Source of the DNA: an uncultured delta proteobacterium
Lineage (GTDB): Bacteria > Myxococcota > Myxococcia > SLRQ01
Assembly (NCBI GenBank): GCA_963727485.1
Contig: CAVSGM010000002.1
Location: 704,001-768,000 of the forward strand
Direction: 5' to 3'
DNA length: 64,000 bases
The position numbers were made by a program, and so were the translations under genes. Positions within the stretch are counted from its first letter, which is position 1. Every line of letters starts with the position of its first letter. Shown in pieces: positions 40,208 through 51,585 of the stretch. The notes beneath the pieces were generated by a model. The model was given only the letters and a program-made list of their open reading frames with translations, was not told the origin of the DNA and did no database searches.

Positions 40208-41995
40208 TCAGATGCTCACGGTCTCGCGCTGACCGCGGTTCACGGCATCCATGAACACGCGGCTGGCGAACACGCCGCAGAAGAGGGTGGCGACGATGCC
40301 GGCGAGCAGGGTCACGGCGAACCCGCGGATGGGCCCGGTGCCGTACTGCAGGAGCACGAAGGCGGCGATGCCGGTGGTGAGGTTGCCGTCGAGGATGGCG
40401 CTGAAGGCCTTGGCGAACCCGGAGTCGATGGCGGCGCGGGCGGTCTTGCCCACGTCGATCTCCTCGCGGATCCGTTCGTAGATGATCACGTTGGCGTCGA
40501 CGGCCATGCCGATGGTGAGGACGATGCCGGCGAGGCCCGGGAGGGTCAGGGTGGCCCCGAAGGCCGCGAGCATCGCCAGGAGGAAGAAGACGTTCATCAC
40601 CAGGGTGAGGTCGGCGAGGAACCCGCTGGTCTTGTAGTAGAAGGCGGTGAAGAGGAGGACGATGGCCGCGCCGATGAGCAGCGCCTCGACACCGGAGCGG
40701 ATGAGGTCGGGGCCGAGGCTGGCGCCGACGCTGCGCTCCTCGAGGATCCGCACCGGGGCCGGCAGGGCGCCGGCCTTGAGGACCAGCACCAGGTCGTTGG
40801 CCTCCTTGAGGACCTCGTTGTAGGGCTTGAGGCCGCCGAGCTCGATGGAGGCGCGGCCGCCGGTGATGGGCTCCTGGATGATCGGCGCCGAGTTCACCGT
40901 GTCGTCGAGGACGATGGCCATGCGCCGGTGGACGTTGGCGGTGGTGAGGTCACCGAAGGCCTTGGCGCCCTGGTGGTCGAACTCGACCGCGACGTAGGGA
41001 CGGTTGCCCTTCTGGGGGTTCATCTCCACCCGGGCGTCGACCAGGGCGTCGCCGGTGACCGGGGCCTTGCGGGAGAGGATGTACGAGCGGTAGGTCGCCG
41101 GCTTGCCCGGGAGCTCGTCCTTCTCGAAGGCCATCATGGTGTCGTCCGGGGCGAAGGACATCAGGGCGTCCCGGGCCTTCTGGAGGGCCTGCCGGTCCTG
41201 GGACTCGAGGTACCAGGCCTTGATCTCCTTGCCCCCGGGGCCGTAGCCGGTCTCCGGGTGGAGCGAGACGGTGGCGGGGATCTTGCCGGCCTTCTGGAGG
41301 TCGGCGAAGTGCTGGTCGAGGTAGCCGGTCTCCTGGTCCTCGACGACGCGGAACTCGAGCTGGGCGGTCTTGCCGAGCAGATCCTTGGCCCGGTCGGGAT
41401 CCTTCACGCCCGGGAGCTGGATGAGGACCTGGTTCTCGCCCCGGCGGGCGATCTGGGGCTCGGTGACACCCCACTGGTCCACGCGGTTGCGGATGGTCTT
41501 CACCGCCTGGTCCACCGCCTGGGAGCGCGTCTTGTCCAGGAACTTGGGCTTGAACGCCAGGGTCAAATCGCCCGCCGAGCCGGTGGCGACCATGTCCCCG
41601 TAGTAGTCCATCACCACGCTCTTGAACTTGCCGAGCTCGCCGGCCGGGAGCTTGAGGTGCAGGACGGGATTCTTCCGGTCCGGCTCGATGGAGGTGATGG
41701 TGACCTTCTTCTCCTTGGCGTAGCGGGTGATCTCGTCCGCGCGCCGGGAGGCCTTGTCCATCACCGCCTTCTCCACCTCGACGCCCATCACCAGGTGGAT
41801 GCCACCCTGGAGGTCGAGGCCGAGGTTGAGGTGCTTCTTGGGAAGCCACCCCGGCACCTTGGCGCGGAACGCCGCCTCATTGCCCCGCTGGGCCTTGGGC
41901 ATGCGGAAATAGATGACCGTGGGCGCCAGCACCCACCCCGCGAGGAGCAGGAGGGCCACCACGAGCCCGAACCGGTAGAACCATCTGCAATCCAT
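40208..41995 (-). CDS. secD: Protein translocase subunit SecD
   Basis: LGLDLQGG, GVTEP, LKAGALPAP, GMAVDANVIIYERIREE. Confidence 0.96.
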   Translation of the reverse strand: MDCRWFYRFGLVVALLLLAGWVLAPTVIYFRMPKAQRGNEAAFRAKVPGWLPKKHLNLGLDLQGGIHLVMGVEVEKAVMDKASRRADEITRYAKEKKVTITSIEPDRKNPVLHLKLPAGELGKFKSVVMDYYGDMVATGSAGDLTLAFKPKFLDKTRSQAVDQAVKTIRNRVDQWGVTEPQIARRGENQVLIQLPGVKDPDRAKDLLGKTAQLEFRVVEDQETGYLDQHFADLQKAGKIPATVSLHPETGYGPGGKEIKAWYLESQDRQALQKARDALMSFAPDDTMMAFEKDELPGKPATYRSYILSRKAPVTGDALVDARVEMNPQKGNRPYVAVEFDHQGAKAFGDLTTANVHRRMAIVLDDTVNSAPIIQEPITGGRASIELGGLKPYNEVLKEANDLVLVLKAGALPAPVRILEERSVGASLGPDLIRSGVEALLIGAAIVLLFTAFYYKTSGFLADLTLVMNVFFLLAMLAAFGATLTLPGLAGIVLTIGMAVDANVIIYERIREEIDVGKTARAAIDSGFAKAFSAILDGNLTTGIAAFVLLQYGTGPIRGFAVTLLAGIVATLFCGVFASRVFMDAVNRGQRETVSI

Positions 41996-42023
41996 CGATG
42001 CCTCCGGCGGCTGCGCCGCCTGG

Positions 42024-42386
42024 TTACTTCTTGTCGGCGTCGTCCGCCGACTCGCCCGCCTCGTTGAAGAGACCGGCCACCTGCTGCTTGAGCACCCGGA
42101 CGCGGACGTCCCGGGCCACCTCGAGGGTGACGATCCGGTCGGTCACGGCGTGGATGCGGCCGACGAGCCCACCCTGGGTCACCACCTCATCGCCCTTCTT
42201 GAGGCCGGTGAGGAGGGTCTGGTGCTGCTTCGCCTGCTTCTGCTGCGGGCGGATGAGTAGGAAGTAGATGACCGCGAACATCAGCACGAGCGGAAGGATC
42301 TGCGCCGCGGCACAGCCCGCTCCGCCGCCCGGGCCACCGGGGGCCTGCTGGGCCAAAAAGGCGTGCAGTAGGTCTCGCAAGTGCAT
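42024..42386 (-). CDS. yajC: Preprotein translocase subunit YajC
   Basis: YFLLIRPQQK, LKKGDEVVTQGGLVG. Confidence 0.95.
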   Translation of the reverse strand: MHLRDLLHAFLAQQAPGGPGGGAGCAAAQILPLVLMFAVIYFLLIRPQQKQAKQHQTLLTGLKKGDEVVTQGGLVGRIHAVTDRIVTLEVARDVRVRVLKQQVAGLFNEAGESADDADKK

Positions 42387-42460
42387 TTCTCGGGCCTCCT
42401 GGGAAGGCGCTCACATACCACCCATGGGTGGGCCCCACAAGGGCGGGATGGCGCCTTCGA

Positions 42461-43588
42461 TCAGTCGGGGCCGGCCGCGTAAGCGTCCAGAAACGCAGCG
42501 GCGAAGGCGGCGTACTCCCCAGCCTCGATGGCCGCCCGGGCCTGGCGCACCAGCCGGTCGTAGAACCAGAGGTTGTGGAGGGTGTTCAGGCGCAGGCCCG
42601 TGAGCTCCCCGGACCGGAAGAGATGACGCAGGTAGGCCCGGCTGTAGGTGCGGCACACCGGGCACGCGCAGGCCTCGTCCGGGGGCCGCTCGTCCTCGGC
42701 GTAGCGGGCGTTGCGGATCACCAGCCGCCCCCGGGAGGTGAAGAGCAGCCCGTTCCGGGCGGTCCGGGTGGGCAGGACGCAGTCGAACATGTCGACGCCG
42801 AGGCCAATGCACCGGACCAGGTCCTCGGGGGTGCCCACGCCCATGAGGTAGCGGGGGCGATCGGCCGGGAGCAGGCCCGCGGTGAAGCCCGCGTACTCCC
42901 ACATCAGATCCCGGGTCTCGCCCACCGAGAGGCCCCCGATGGCGTAGCCGGGGAGGTCCCGGGCGCAGACCTCCTCGGCGTGGCGGCGGCGCAGCGCCGG
43001 GTCGTGGGCCCCCTGGACGATCCCGAAGAGGCTCCCGTCGCCCTCCCCCGCCCGCCAGGCGGTCACGCAGCGATCGAGCCACCGGGTGGTCCGGTCGAGG
43101 GACGCCTCGAGGTAGGCCTTGGAGGCGTCGGCGGCCGGGCACTCGTCGAAGGCCATGATCACGTCGCTGCCGAGGGCGAGCTGGATCTCCATGGACAGCT
43201 CGGGGGTGAGCAGGTGCCGGGCCCCGTCGAGGTGGCTGGCGAAGGCCACGCCCTCCTCGGTGATCTTCCGGCGCTCGGCGAGGCTGAAGACCTGGAAGCC
43301 CCCCGAGTCGGTGAGGATGTTCCGCGGCCAGCTCATGAACCGGTGGAGGCCGCCCCGGGCGCGGATCAGGGCGTGCCCGGGCCGCAGGAAGAGGTGGTAG
43401 GTGTTCCCCAGGAGGATCCGGATGTCGAGGGTCTCCTCGAGGTCGACCCGGTCCATCCCCTTCACCGTGCCGGCGGTCCCCACGGGCATGAACACCGGCG
43501 TCTCCACCGGCCCGTGGGGCAGGTGGAGGCGGCCCCGGCGCGCCCCGGCGGGATCGGTGGCGAGGAGCTCGAAGCGGGCGGGGGCCAC
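42461..43588 (-). CDS. tgt: tRNA-guanine transglycosylase
   Basis: TPVFMPVGT, NTYHL, TDSGGFQVFSL, DECP, GGLSVGE, DCVLPTR, CACPVC...H. Confidence 0.97.
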   Translation of the reverse strand: MAPARFELLATDPAGARRGRLHLPHGPVETPVFMPVGTAGTVKGMDRVDLEETLDIRILLGNTYHLFLRPGHALIRARGGLHRFMSWPRNILTDSGGFQVFSLAERRKITEEGVAFASHLDGARHLLTPELSMEIQLALGSDVIMAFDECPAADASKAYLEASLDRTTRWLDRCVTAWRAGEGDGSLFGIVQGAHDPALRRRHAEEVCARDLPGYAIGGLSVGETRDLMWEYAGFTAGLLPADRPRYLMGVGTPEDLVRCIGLGVDMFDCVLPTRTARNGLLFTSRGRLVIRNARYAEDERPPDEACACPVCRTYSRAYLRHLFRSGELTGLRLNTLHNLWFYDRLVRQARAAIEAGEYAAFAAAFLDAYAAGPD

Positions 43589-43599
43589 GGCGCTGCCCG

Positions 43600-45426
43600 T
43601 CAGCGCCCCGCCGTGCACTGCCCGGTGACGTGCTGGCGAGGGTGCTTCGCGGCGATCTCGGCCGCGTGGATGAGCGCCTGGCCCCGGCGCGAGAAGGCCT
43701 GGGCGACCTGGTCGCGCAGGTACGGCCTCGACCACATGATCTTCACCTGGGACCGGCTCATCCCCAGGGTGTCGAAGCCGCTCCCGCCGCCGGCGAGGTA
43801 CTCGTTGGTGACGATCCGGTAGACCCGCTTCGGGCGCAGGGGCCGGCCGTGCACCCGGATGTCGGTGACCTTGCAGCCGTCGGCGTGGAAGGTCAGGCCC
43901 GACCACGAGAGGCCCCCGTGGCCCCCGGCGACGCCGAGGACGACCATCTTCCGCAGGACGGTCCCGGGGAGGGTGAGGATGGCCATGTGGTTGTCGAAGG
44001 GCAGCGCCTTGTAGACCGAGCCGTAGACCAGCTTGCCCTGGGGGAGCGGGGCCCGGAGGCCGCCGCCGTTGGTCATGCCGATGTCCGCGCCCTTCACCGC
44101 CCGGCGGAAGACGTCGGCGACGAGATCGCCGAGCGGCGACTCGCCCCGGTAGCCCGGCTCGATGGAGGTGGGCAGGGTCACGCCGATGGGGCGCTCCTTG
44201 AGCTTCTTCACCGAGGCGAAGGCCGGAGCCAGGAGCTTCTCCACCGCCGCCACCGGATGCACCGGGGCCCCCTCGAAGGTGGCCACCTGGGGAGCGGCGT
44301 GGCTCTTCTTGACCGCCTTCACCTGGCAGGTGGGGCCGTGGGCACCGGGGATGGTCTCGCCGCAGAGGTGGACCAGGTCGACCCCGGTGGGGCCCGGGGC
44401 GGTCAGGGGCACCCGGGCGAGGCCCATCCACTGGCCATAGGCCGCCGCCTCGACGACGCCCATGTCGCCCACGCGCTTGTTCACCAGCATGTGGGTGTGG
44501 CCGCCGACCACCAGGTTGACCAGGCCCTTGGGGAGGGCGTGGACCAGGGTCATCAGGTCGCCGGGATCGCACTTGGAGAGGTCGGTGACCGGCTGGCTGC
44601 CCGGGCACCACGAGCCGCCGTGGAGGAGCACGATGACCGCCTGGGCGCCCTGCGCCCGCAGGGCCTTCGCCTGGGCGAGGACGCAGGCCTCGGGGGCGTC
44701 GAAGGTGAGCCCCACCAGGTTCTTCTTGTTGGTGGTGCTCGGGGTCTCGGGGGTCGAGGCGCCCACCAGGCCCACCTTCACCCCGCCCACGGTGACCATG
44801 GTCGAGGGCTTCACCCAGGCCGGGGACTTCCCGTCGGCGGTGTGGACGTTGCACGAGAGGATGGGGAAGTGGGCCTGGGCCGCCCGGGCCTTGATGGCGC
44901 CCCGGGGATCCTCGCCCGGGTGGCGGACGATGGCGTCCTTGCCCACCGGGCCGTAGTCGAACTCGTGGTTCCCCAGGGCCGCGGCGGAGACGCCGAGCCA
45001 GTTGTAGAAGTCGATGACCGGCGCGCCCTCGGCGAGGTTGGAGACGAGCGTGCCCTGGAACATGTCCCCGGCGCTGACCACCAGCACCGGGCCCTTGGCG
45101 GTGGCCCGAACCCGGTCGACGTAGGCGGCCTCGAGAGCGGCGCCGCCGGTGTGGACCTCGGCGCCCGAGGCGGTGCGGGAGGTGCGGGGGGCGAGGTTCC
45201 CGTGGAGGTCGTTGAAGGTGAGGACGGTGAGGGTCGCGGGGGCCTTCGCCGGGGCCGCGGGTGTGGCCTTCGCGGGCGCGGCCGGGCCAGGCGTCGCCGG
45301 GGTGGCCTGGGCGGCGGCCTTGGGGGCGGGTGCGGCCTTGGGCGCCGGCGCGGCCGGGGCGTGGGCGCAGGCGGCGAGGCCGCAGAGAAGGACCAGGGCG
45401 ACGAGTCGGGGCAGGCGCAGGTTCAT
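43600..45426 (-). CDS. Lipoprotein 5'-nucleotidase / UDP-sugar hydrolase family
   Basis: Lipobox LAAC, Ala/Pro linker, FNDLHG, AGDMFQG, LGNHEFDYG, GGHTH, NGGGLR, LPFDN, YLAGGGSGF. Confidence 0.9.
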   Translation of the reverse strand: MNLRLPRLVALVLLCGLAACAHAPAAPAPKAAPAPKAAAQATPATPGPAAPAKATPAAPAKAPATLTVLTFNDLHGNLAPRTSRTASGAEVHTGGAALEAAYVDRVRATAKGPVLVVSAGDMFQGTLVSNLAEGAPVIDFYNWLGVSAAALGNHEFDYGPVGKDAIVRHPGEDPRGAIKARAAQAHFPILSCNVHTADGKSPAWVKPSTMVTVGGVKVGLVGASTPETPSTTNKKNLVGLTFDAPEACVLAQAKALRAQGAQAVIVLLHGGSWCPGSQPVTDLSKCDPGDLMTLVHALPKGLVNLVVGGHTHMLVNKRVGDMGVVEAAAYGQWMGLARVPLTAPGPTGVDLVHLCGETIPGAHGPTCQVKAVKKSHAAPQVATFEGAPVHPVAAVEKLLAPAFASVKKLKERPIGVTLPTSIEPGYRGESPLGDLVADVFRRAVKGADIGMTNGGGLRAPLPQGKLVYGSVYKALPFDNHMAILTLPGTVLRKMVVLGVAGGHGGLSWSGLTFHADGCKVTDIRVHGRPLRPKRVYRIVTNEYLAGGGSGFDTLGMSRSQVKIMWSRPYLRDQVAQAFSRRGQALIHAAEIAAKHPRQHVTGQCTAGR

Positions 45427-45464
45427 GTCGGGCGGCATCCTACCAGAGGCCCGCCGCCGGGCGC

Positions 45465-46505
45465 CTAGAGGATCAGCATGGCGTCGCCGTAGCTGTAGAA
45501 CCGGTACCCGCGCGCCACCGCCTCCCGGTAGGCGGCCAGCACCCGCTCGGTGCCCCCGAGGGCGCAGACCAGCATCAGGAGCGTCGACCGCGGGAGGTGG
45601 AAGTTGGTGACCAGCCCGTCCACGGTGCGGAAGGCGTAGCCCGGCTTCACGAAGAGGTCGGTGCGCCCCGGCCCGGGCTTCAGGCCCCCGGCGCCGTCGG
45701 CGGCGGCCTCGAGGGTGCGCAGGCTGGTGGTCCCCACGGCGACCACCCGGCCGCCCCGGGCCCGGGTCCGCGCCACCGCTTCGGCGGCGGCCTCGGAGAC
45801 CTCGAAGCGCTCCTGGTGCATCACGTGGTCGTCGACGTCGTCGACGCGCACCGGCAGGAAGGTCCCGGGCCCCACGTGGAGGGTGATCCGCGCCGTCTCC
45901 ACGCCCCGGGCGGCCAGGGCCTCGAGGACCCGGGGGGTGAAGTGGAGCCCCGCGGTCGGCGCCGCCACCGCCCCCGGGCGGTCGGCGAAGATGGTCTGGT
46001 AGCGCTCCCGATCGTCCACCGGCGCCGGCCCGGTGTCCCGGTGGATGTAGGGCGGGAGCGGCATCTGTCCGGCCCCGGCCTCGAGAAGCGGGAGCAGGTC
46101 CTCGGCGGGGGCCTCGAAGCGCACCCGCCGCACCCCGTCCCCCTCGTCGGCGACGATCTCCGCCGCCAGGCCCGTAAGCTCCAGGGCGGTGCCGGGGTGG
46201 AGCCCCTTGCTCGCCCGGCCCATGGCGAGCCAGGTGTGGCGGTCGAGCTGCTCCATGAGCAGGAGCTCCACCCGGCCCCCGGTGTCGCGCTTGTGGCCCC
46301 GGAGGCGCGCCGGGATCACCCGGGCGTCGTTGACCACCAAGAGGTCGCCCTCGGCGAGGCGCTCGGGGAGCGAGCGGAAGGCGCCGTGCTCGGGGGCCCC
46401 GCCGGCGCGCGGGAGCACCAGGAGCCGGGAGGCGTCCCTCTCGGGGAGCGGCGCCTGGGCAATCTGCCCCTCGGGGAGCTCGAAGTCGAAGTCGTCGACG
46501 CGCAT
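45465..46505 (-). CDS. queA: S-adenosylmethionine:tRNA ribosyltransferase-isomerase
   Basis: DFDFELP..IAQ.P, PLPPYI, AAPTAGLHFT, HVGPGTF, TNFHLPRSTL, YRFYSYGDAM. Confidence 0.97.
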   Translation of the reverse strand: MRVDDFDFELPEGQIAQAPLPERDASRLLVLPRAGGAPEHGAFRSLPERLAEGDLLVVNDARVIPARLRGHKRDTGGRVELLLMEQLDRHTWLAMGRASKGLHPGTALELTGLAAEIVADEGDGVRRVRFEAPAEDLLPLLEAGAGQMPLPPYIHRDTGPAPVDDRERYQTIFADRPGAVAAPTAGLHFTPRVLEALAARGVETARITLHVGPGTFLPVRVDDVDDHVMHQERFEVSEAAAEAVARTRARGGRVVAVGTTSLRTLEAAADGAGGLKPGPGRTDLFVKPGYAFRTVDGLVTNFHLPRSTLLMLVCALGGTERVLAAYREAVARGYRFYSYGDAMLIL

Positions 46506-46548
46506 GGGGCGGGCAGGATAGCCCCAAACCCGGGCCCGTCGGGACCCG

Positions 46549-46989
46549 TCAGTCGGACATCAGCTTCTCGACCGTGTCCTCGGAGCGCATCAGCCCCACC
46601 TTCCCCACAATCTCCTTCACCTTGGGGTAGTCGGCGAGGATCTCCATCACCGGGGCCCGGTCGAAGGCGAGGAGCCGGAGGCCCGTGCTGGCGGTGACCG
46701 TCGCCGACCGGGGCTGGGCCAGCACCGCCGAGATCTCCCCGAAGAACTGACCGGGTCCGAGGACCGCGACCTCCTTGTCGCCCACCACGTCCTCGACCCG
46801 CACGTGGACCTCGCCCTCGAGGATCACCCAGAACACGTCCCCCGCCTCGCCCTCGCGGCAGATCTCGGTGCCCGCCGGCTGCTGCTCCTCCCGGGCGATG
46901 GCCATCATCCGGGCGCGGCCGGCCTCGTCGAGGAAGCCGAAGAGCTTGGACGACTTGGCGAACTCGTCGCTGGTCATGTGCAGGGCCAT
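46549..46989 (-). CDS. Stand-alone cyclic-nucleotide-binding protein
   Basis: ICREGEAGD, GQFFGEISAVLAQPRSATVTA. Confidence 0.88.
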   Translation of the reverse strand: MALHMTSDEFAKSSKLFGFLDEAGRARMMAIAREEQQPAGTEICREGEAGDVFWVILEGEVHVRVEDVVGDKEVAVLGPGQFFGEISAVLAQPRSATVTASTGLRLLAFDRAPVMEILADYPKVKEIVGKVGLMRSEDTVEKLMSD

Positions 46990-47011
46990 GGGGGCCTCCT
47001 TCGGTGCGAGG

Positions 47012-48844
47012 TCAGAGCGGCAGGGCCACCCGGAAGGTGGTGCCCTGCCCCGGGGCGGAGGTGTAGCCGATGGTCCCGCCGTGCTCCTCGACGATCTTCT
47101 TCACGATGGCGAGGCCGAGGCCGGTCCCGTCGGCCTTGCCGTGGGTGGCGAAGGACTCGAAGAGCCGTCCCTCCATCTCCGGGGGGATGCCCGGACCGGT
47201 GTCGGCGAAGGTCATCACCAGCTCGTCCCCCTCCCGGTCCACGGTCCAGGTGAAGGTGCCCCCGGGCTCCATCGCCTGCCGGGCGTTCCGGGCGATGTTG
47301 GTGATCACCCGCTTGAGCTTGTTCTCGTCGAAGCGCGCGGTGCCCCGGTAGCGGTCGTCGACCTCCAGGGTGACCTTCCCGGTCGCCAGCTCCTCGCCGA
47401 TCACCTCGCGCATCTCCGCCACGAACTTGTGGAGGTAGACCTTGCGCACCAGGATGCTGGCCTCGCCCTTGGCGAAGGCCATGATCTCCCGGGCCATGGC
47501 GTTGATGTGGTCGAACTGCTTGAGGATGGCCTCGACGTGGACCTCGCGCTCCTTGCTCTCGTCCTCCAGGGCCATGAGCTGGGCGTGGCCGCTGATGACG
47601 GTCATGGGCGTCTTGAGGTCGTGGAGGATGCCGCTGACCATCTGCCCCAGCAACGAGAGCCGCTCGGCGCGCTCCCCGGCCTCCCGGGCCTGGCTGATGC
47701 CGATGGCCCGGCTCGCCTGGCCGGCGACCAGGGTGATGGTCTTGAGATCCTCGTCGGTGAAGGGCGCCCCCCCCTCCTTGTTGAGGATCTCCAGGGCGCC
47801 GATGACCTTCCCCCGGGCCCGGAGCGGCGCCGCCACCAGGTTCCGGGTGCGGAAGTGGAGGGTCTCGTCCACCGTGTGGTCGTGGTAGGGGTCGGAGGCG
47901 ACGTCGTTGGCCACCCGGGGGGTACCGGTGCGAGCGACGATGCCGGCGATGCCCCGGCTCGGGGGGAGGCGCAGGCGCCGGAGCTCGTCGGGATCGGTCC
48001 CGGCGGTGGCGCGGAAGTAGAGGGAGCCGCCCTCGTCCTCCTCGAGGAGGATGGACCCGGCCTCGGCGTGGAGGAGCTCGCACGCCTTGGCGAGGAGGCC
48101 GTCGAGGATCTGCTCCAGGTGGGTGGCCGCGGAGATCTGCCGCTCCACGTCGTAGAGGAGGTCGAGCTCGGCCATCTTCTGGCGCAGGCTCTCCTGGGCC
48201 ACCAGCAGCTCGTTGTTCCGGGACAACAGGTCCCGGTAGAGCTTGCTGTTCTCCAGGGCGATGGCGGCCTCGGCGACGATGGCGGAGAGGAGCCGGACGT
48301 CGTCGTCGTCGAAGGGCTCGCCGCCGTGCTTGTTCAGGCACTGGGCCACGCCCAGGACCTGGTGCCGCTGGTCGAACATCGGGAGGGTGAGCACCGAGCC
48401 GGTGCGGTAGCCGCTCTTCTGGTCGACCTCGGGGTTGAAGCGCTCGTCGGCGTAGGCGTCGGGGATGTTCACCCCCTCGCCGGCCTCGGCGACCCAGCCG
48501 GCGATCCCCTTGCCGATGGGCAGGCGCACCTCGGTGACCTCGGCGCCCTGGATCACCTTGGACCACAGCTCGCGCCCGTCGTCGGAGACCAGGAAGAGGG
48601 TCGAGCGATCGGCGCCCATGAGCAGGGTGACCTTCTCCATGATCACCTGGAGCACGGTGTCGAGGTCGATGGTGCGGCCGAGGGCCCGGCCGATCTCCAT
48701 CACCGAGGCGAAGCGCTGCTCCTGCCAGGCGACGTGCTGCTCCAGGGCCGCGACCCGCGACCCCTTGCGCCCGCTGGCGGCTCGTGCCCGAGCCTTCCCC
48801 GGCCTGGCCCCCGCTGGTGATGACGCCGACATCCGCCCGGACAT
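47012..48844 (-). CDS. Cytoplasmic GAF-GAF sensor histidine kinase (start uncertain)
   Basis: Two GAF domains (GKGIAGWVA...DAYADERF...QCLNK; GIAGIVA...EILNK), H-box HDLKTPM, NIARNA, DTGPGI, GTGLGL. Confidence 0.9.
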   Translation of the reverse strand: MSGRMSASSPAGARPGKARARAASGRKGSRVAALEQHVAWQEQRFASVMEIGRALGRTIDLDTVLQVIMEKVTLLMGADRSTLFLVSDDGRELWSKVIQGAEVTEVRLPIGKGIAGWVAEAGEGVNIPDAYADERFNPEVDQKSGYRTGSVLTLPMFDQRHQVLGVAQCLNKHGGEPFDDDDVRLLSAIVAEAAIALENSKLYRDLLSRNNELLVAQESLRQKMAELDLLYDVERQISAATHLEQILDGLLAKACELLHAEAGSILLEEDEGGSLYFRATAGTDPDELRRLRLPPSRGIAGIVARTGTPRVANDVASDPYHDHTVDETLHFRTRNLVAAPLRARGKVIGALEILNKEGGAPFTDEDLKTITLVAGQASRAIGISQAREAGERAERLSLLGQMVSGILHDLKTPMTVISGHAQLMALEDESKEREVHVEAILKQFDHINAMAREIMAFAKGEASILVRKVYLHKFVAEMREVIGEELATGKVTLEVDDRYRGTARFDENKLKRVITNIARNARQAMEPGGTFTWTVDREGDELVMTFADTGPGIPPEMEGRLFESFATHGKADGTGLGLAIVKKIVEEHGGTIGYTSAPGQGTTFRVALPL

Positions 48845-48889
48845 CCTATCAGGAGGCCGGGCCCGGGCGCGATGCCCCGACGCCGCCGA

Positions 48890-51573
<2,684 letters not shown>

Positions 51574-51585
51574 CGGGGCCCCGCG

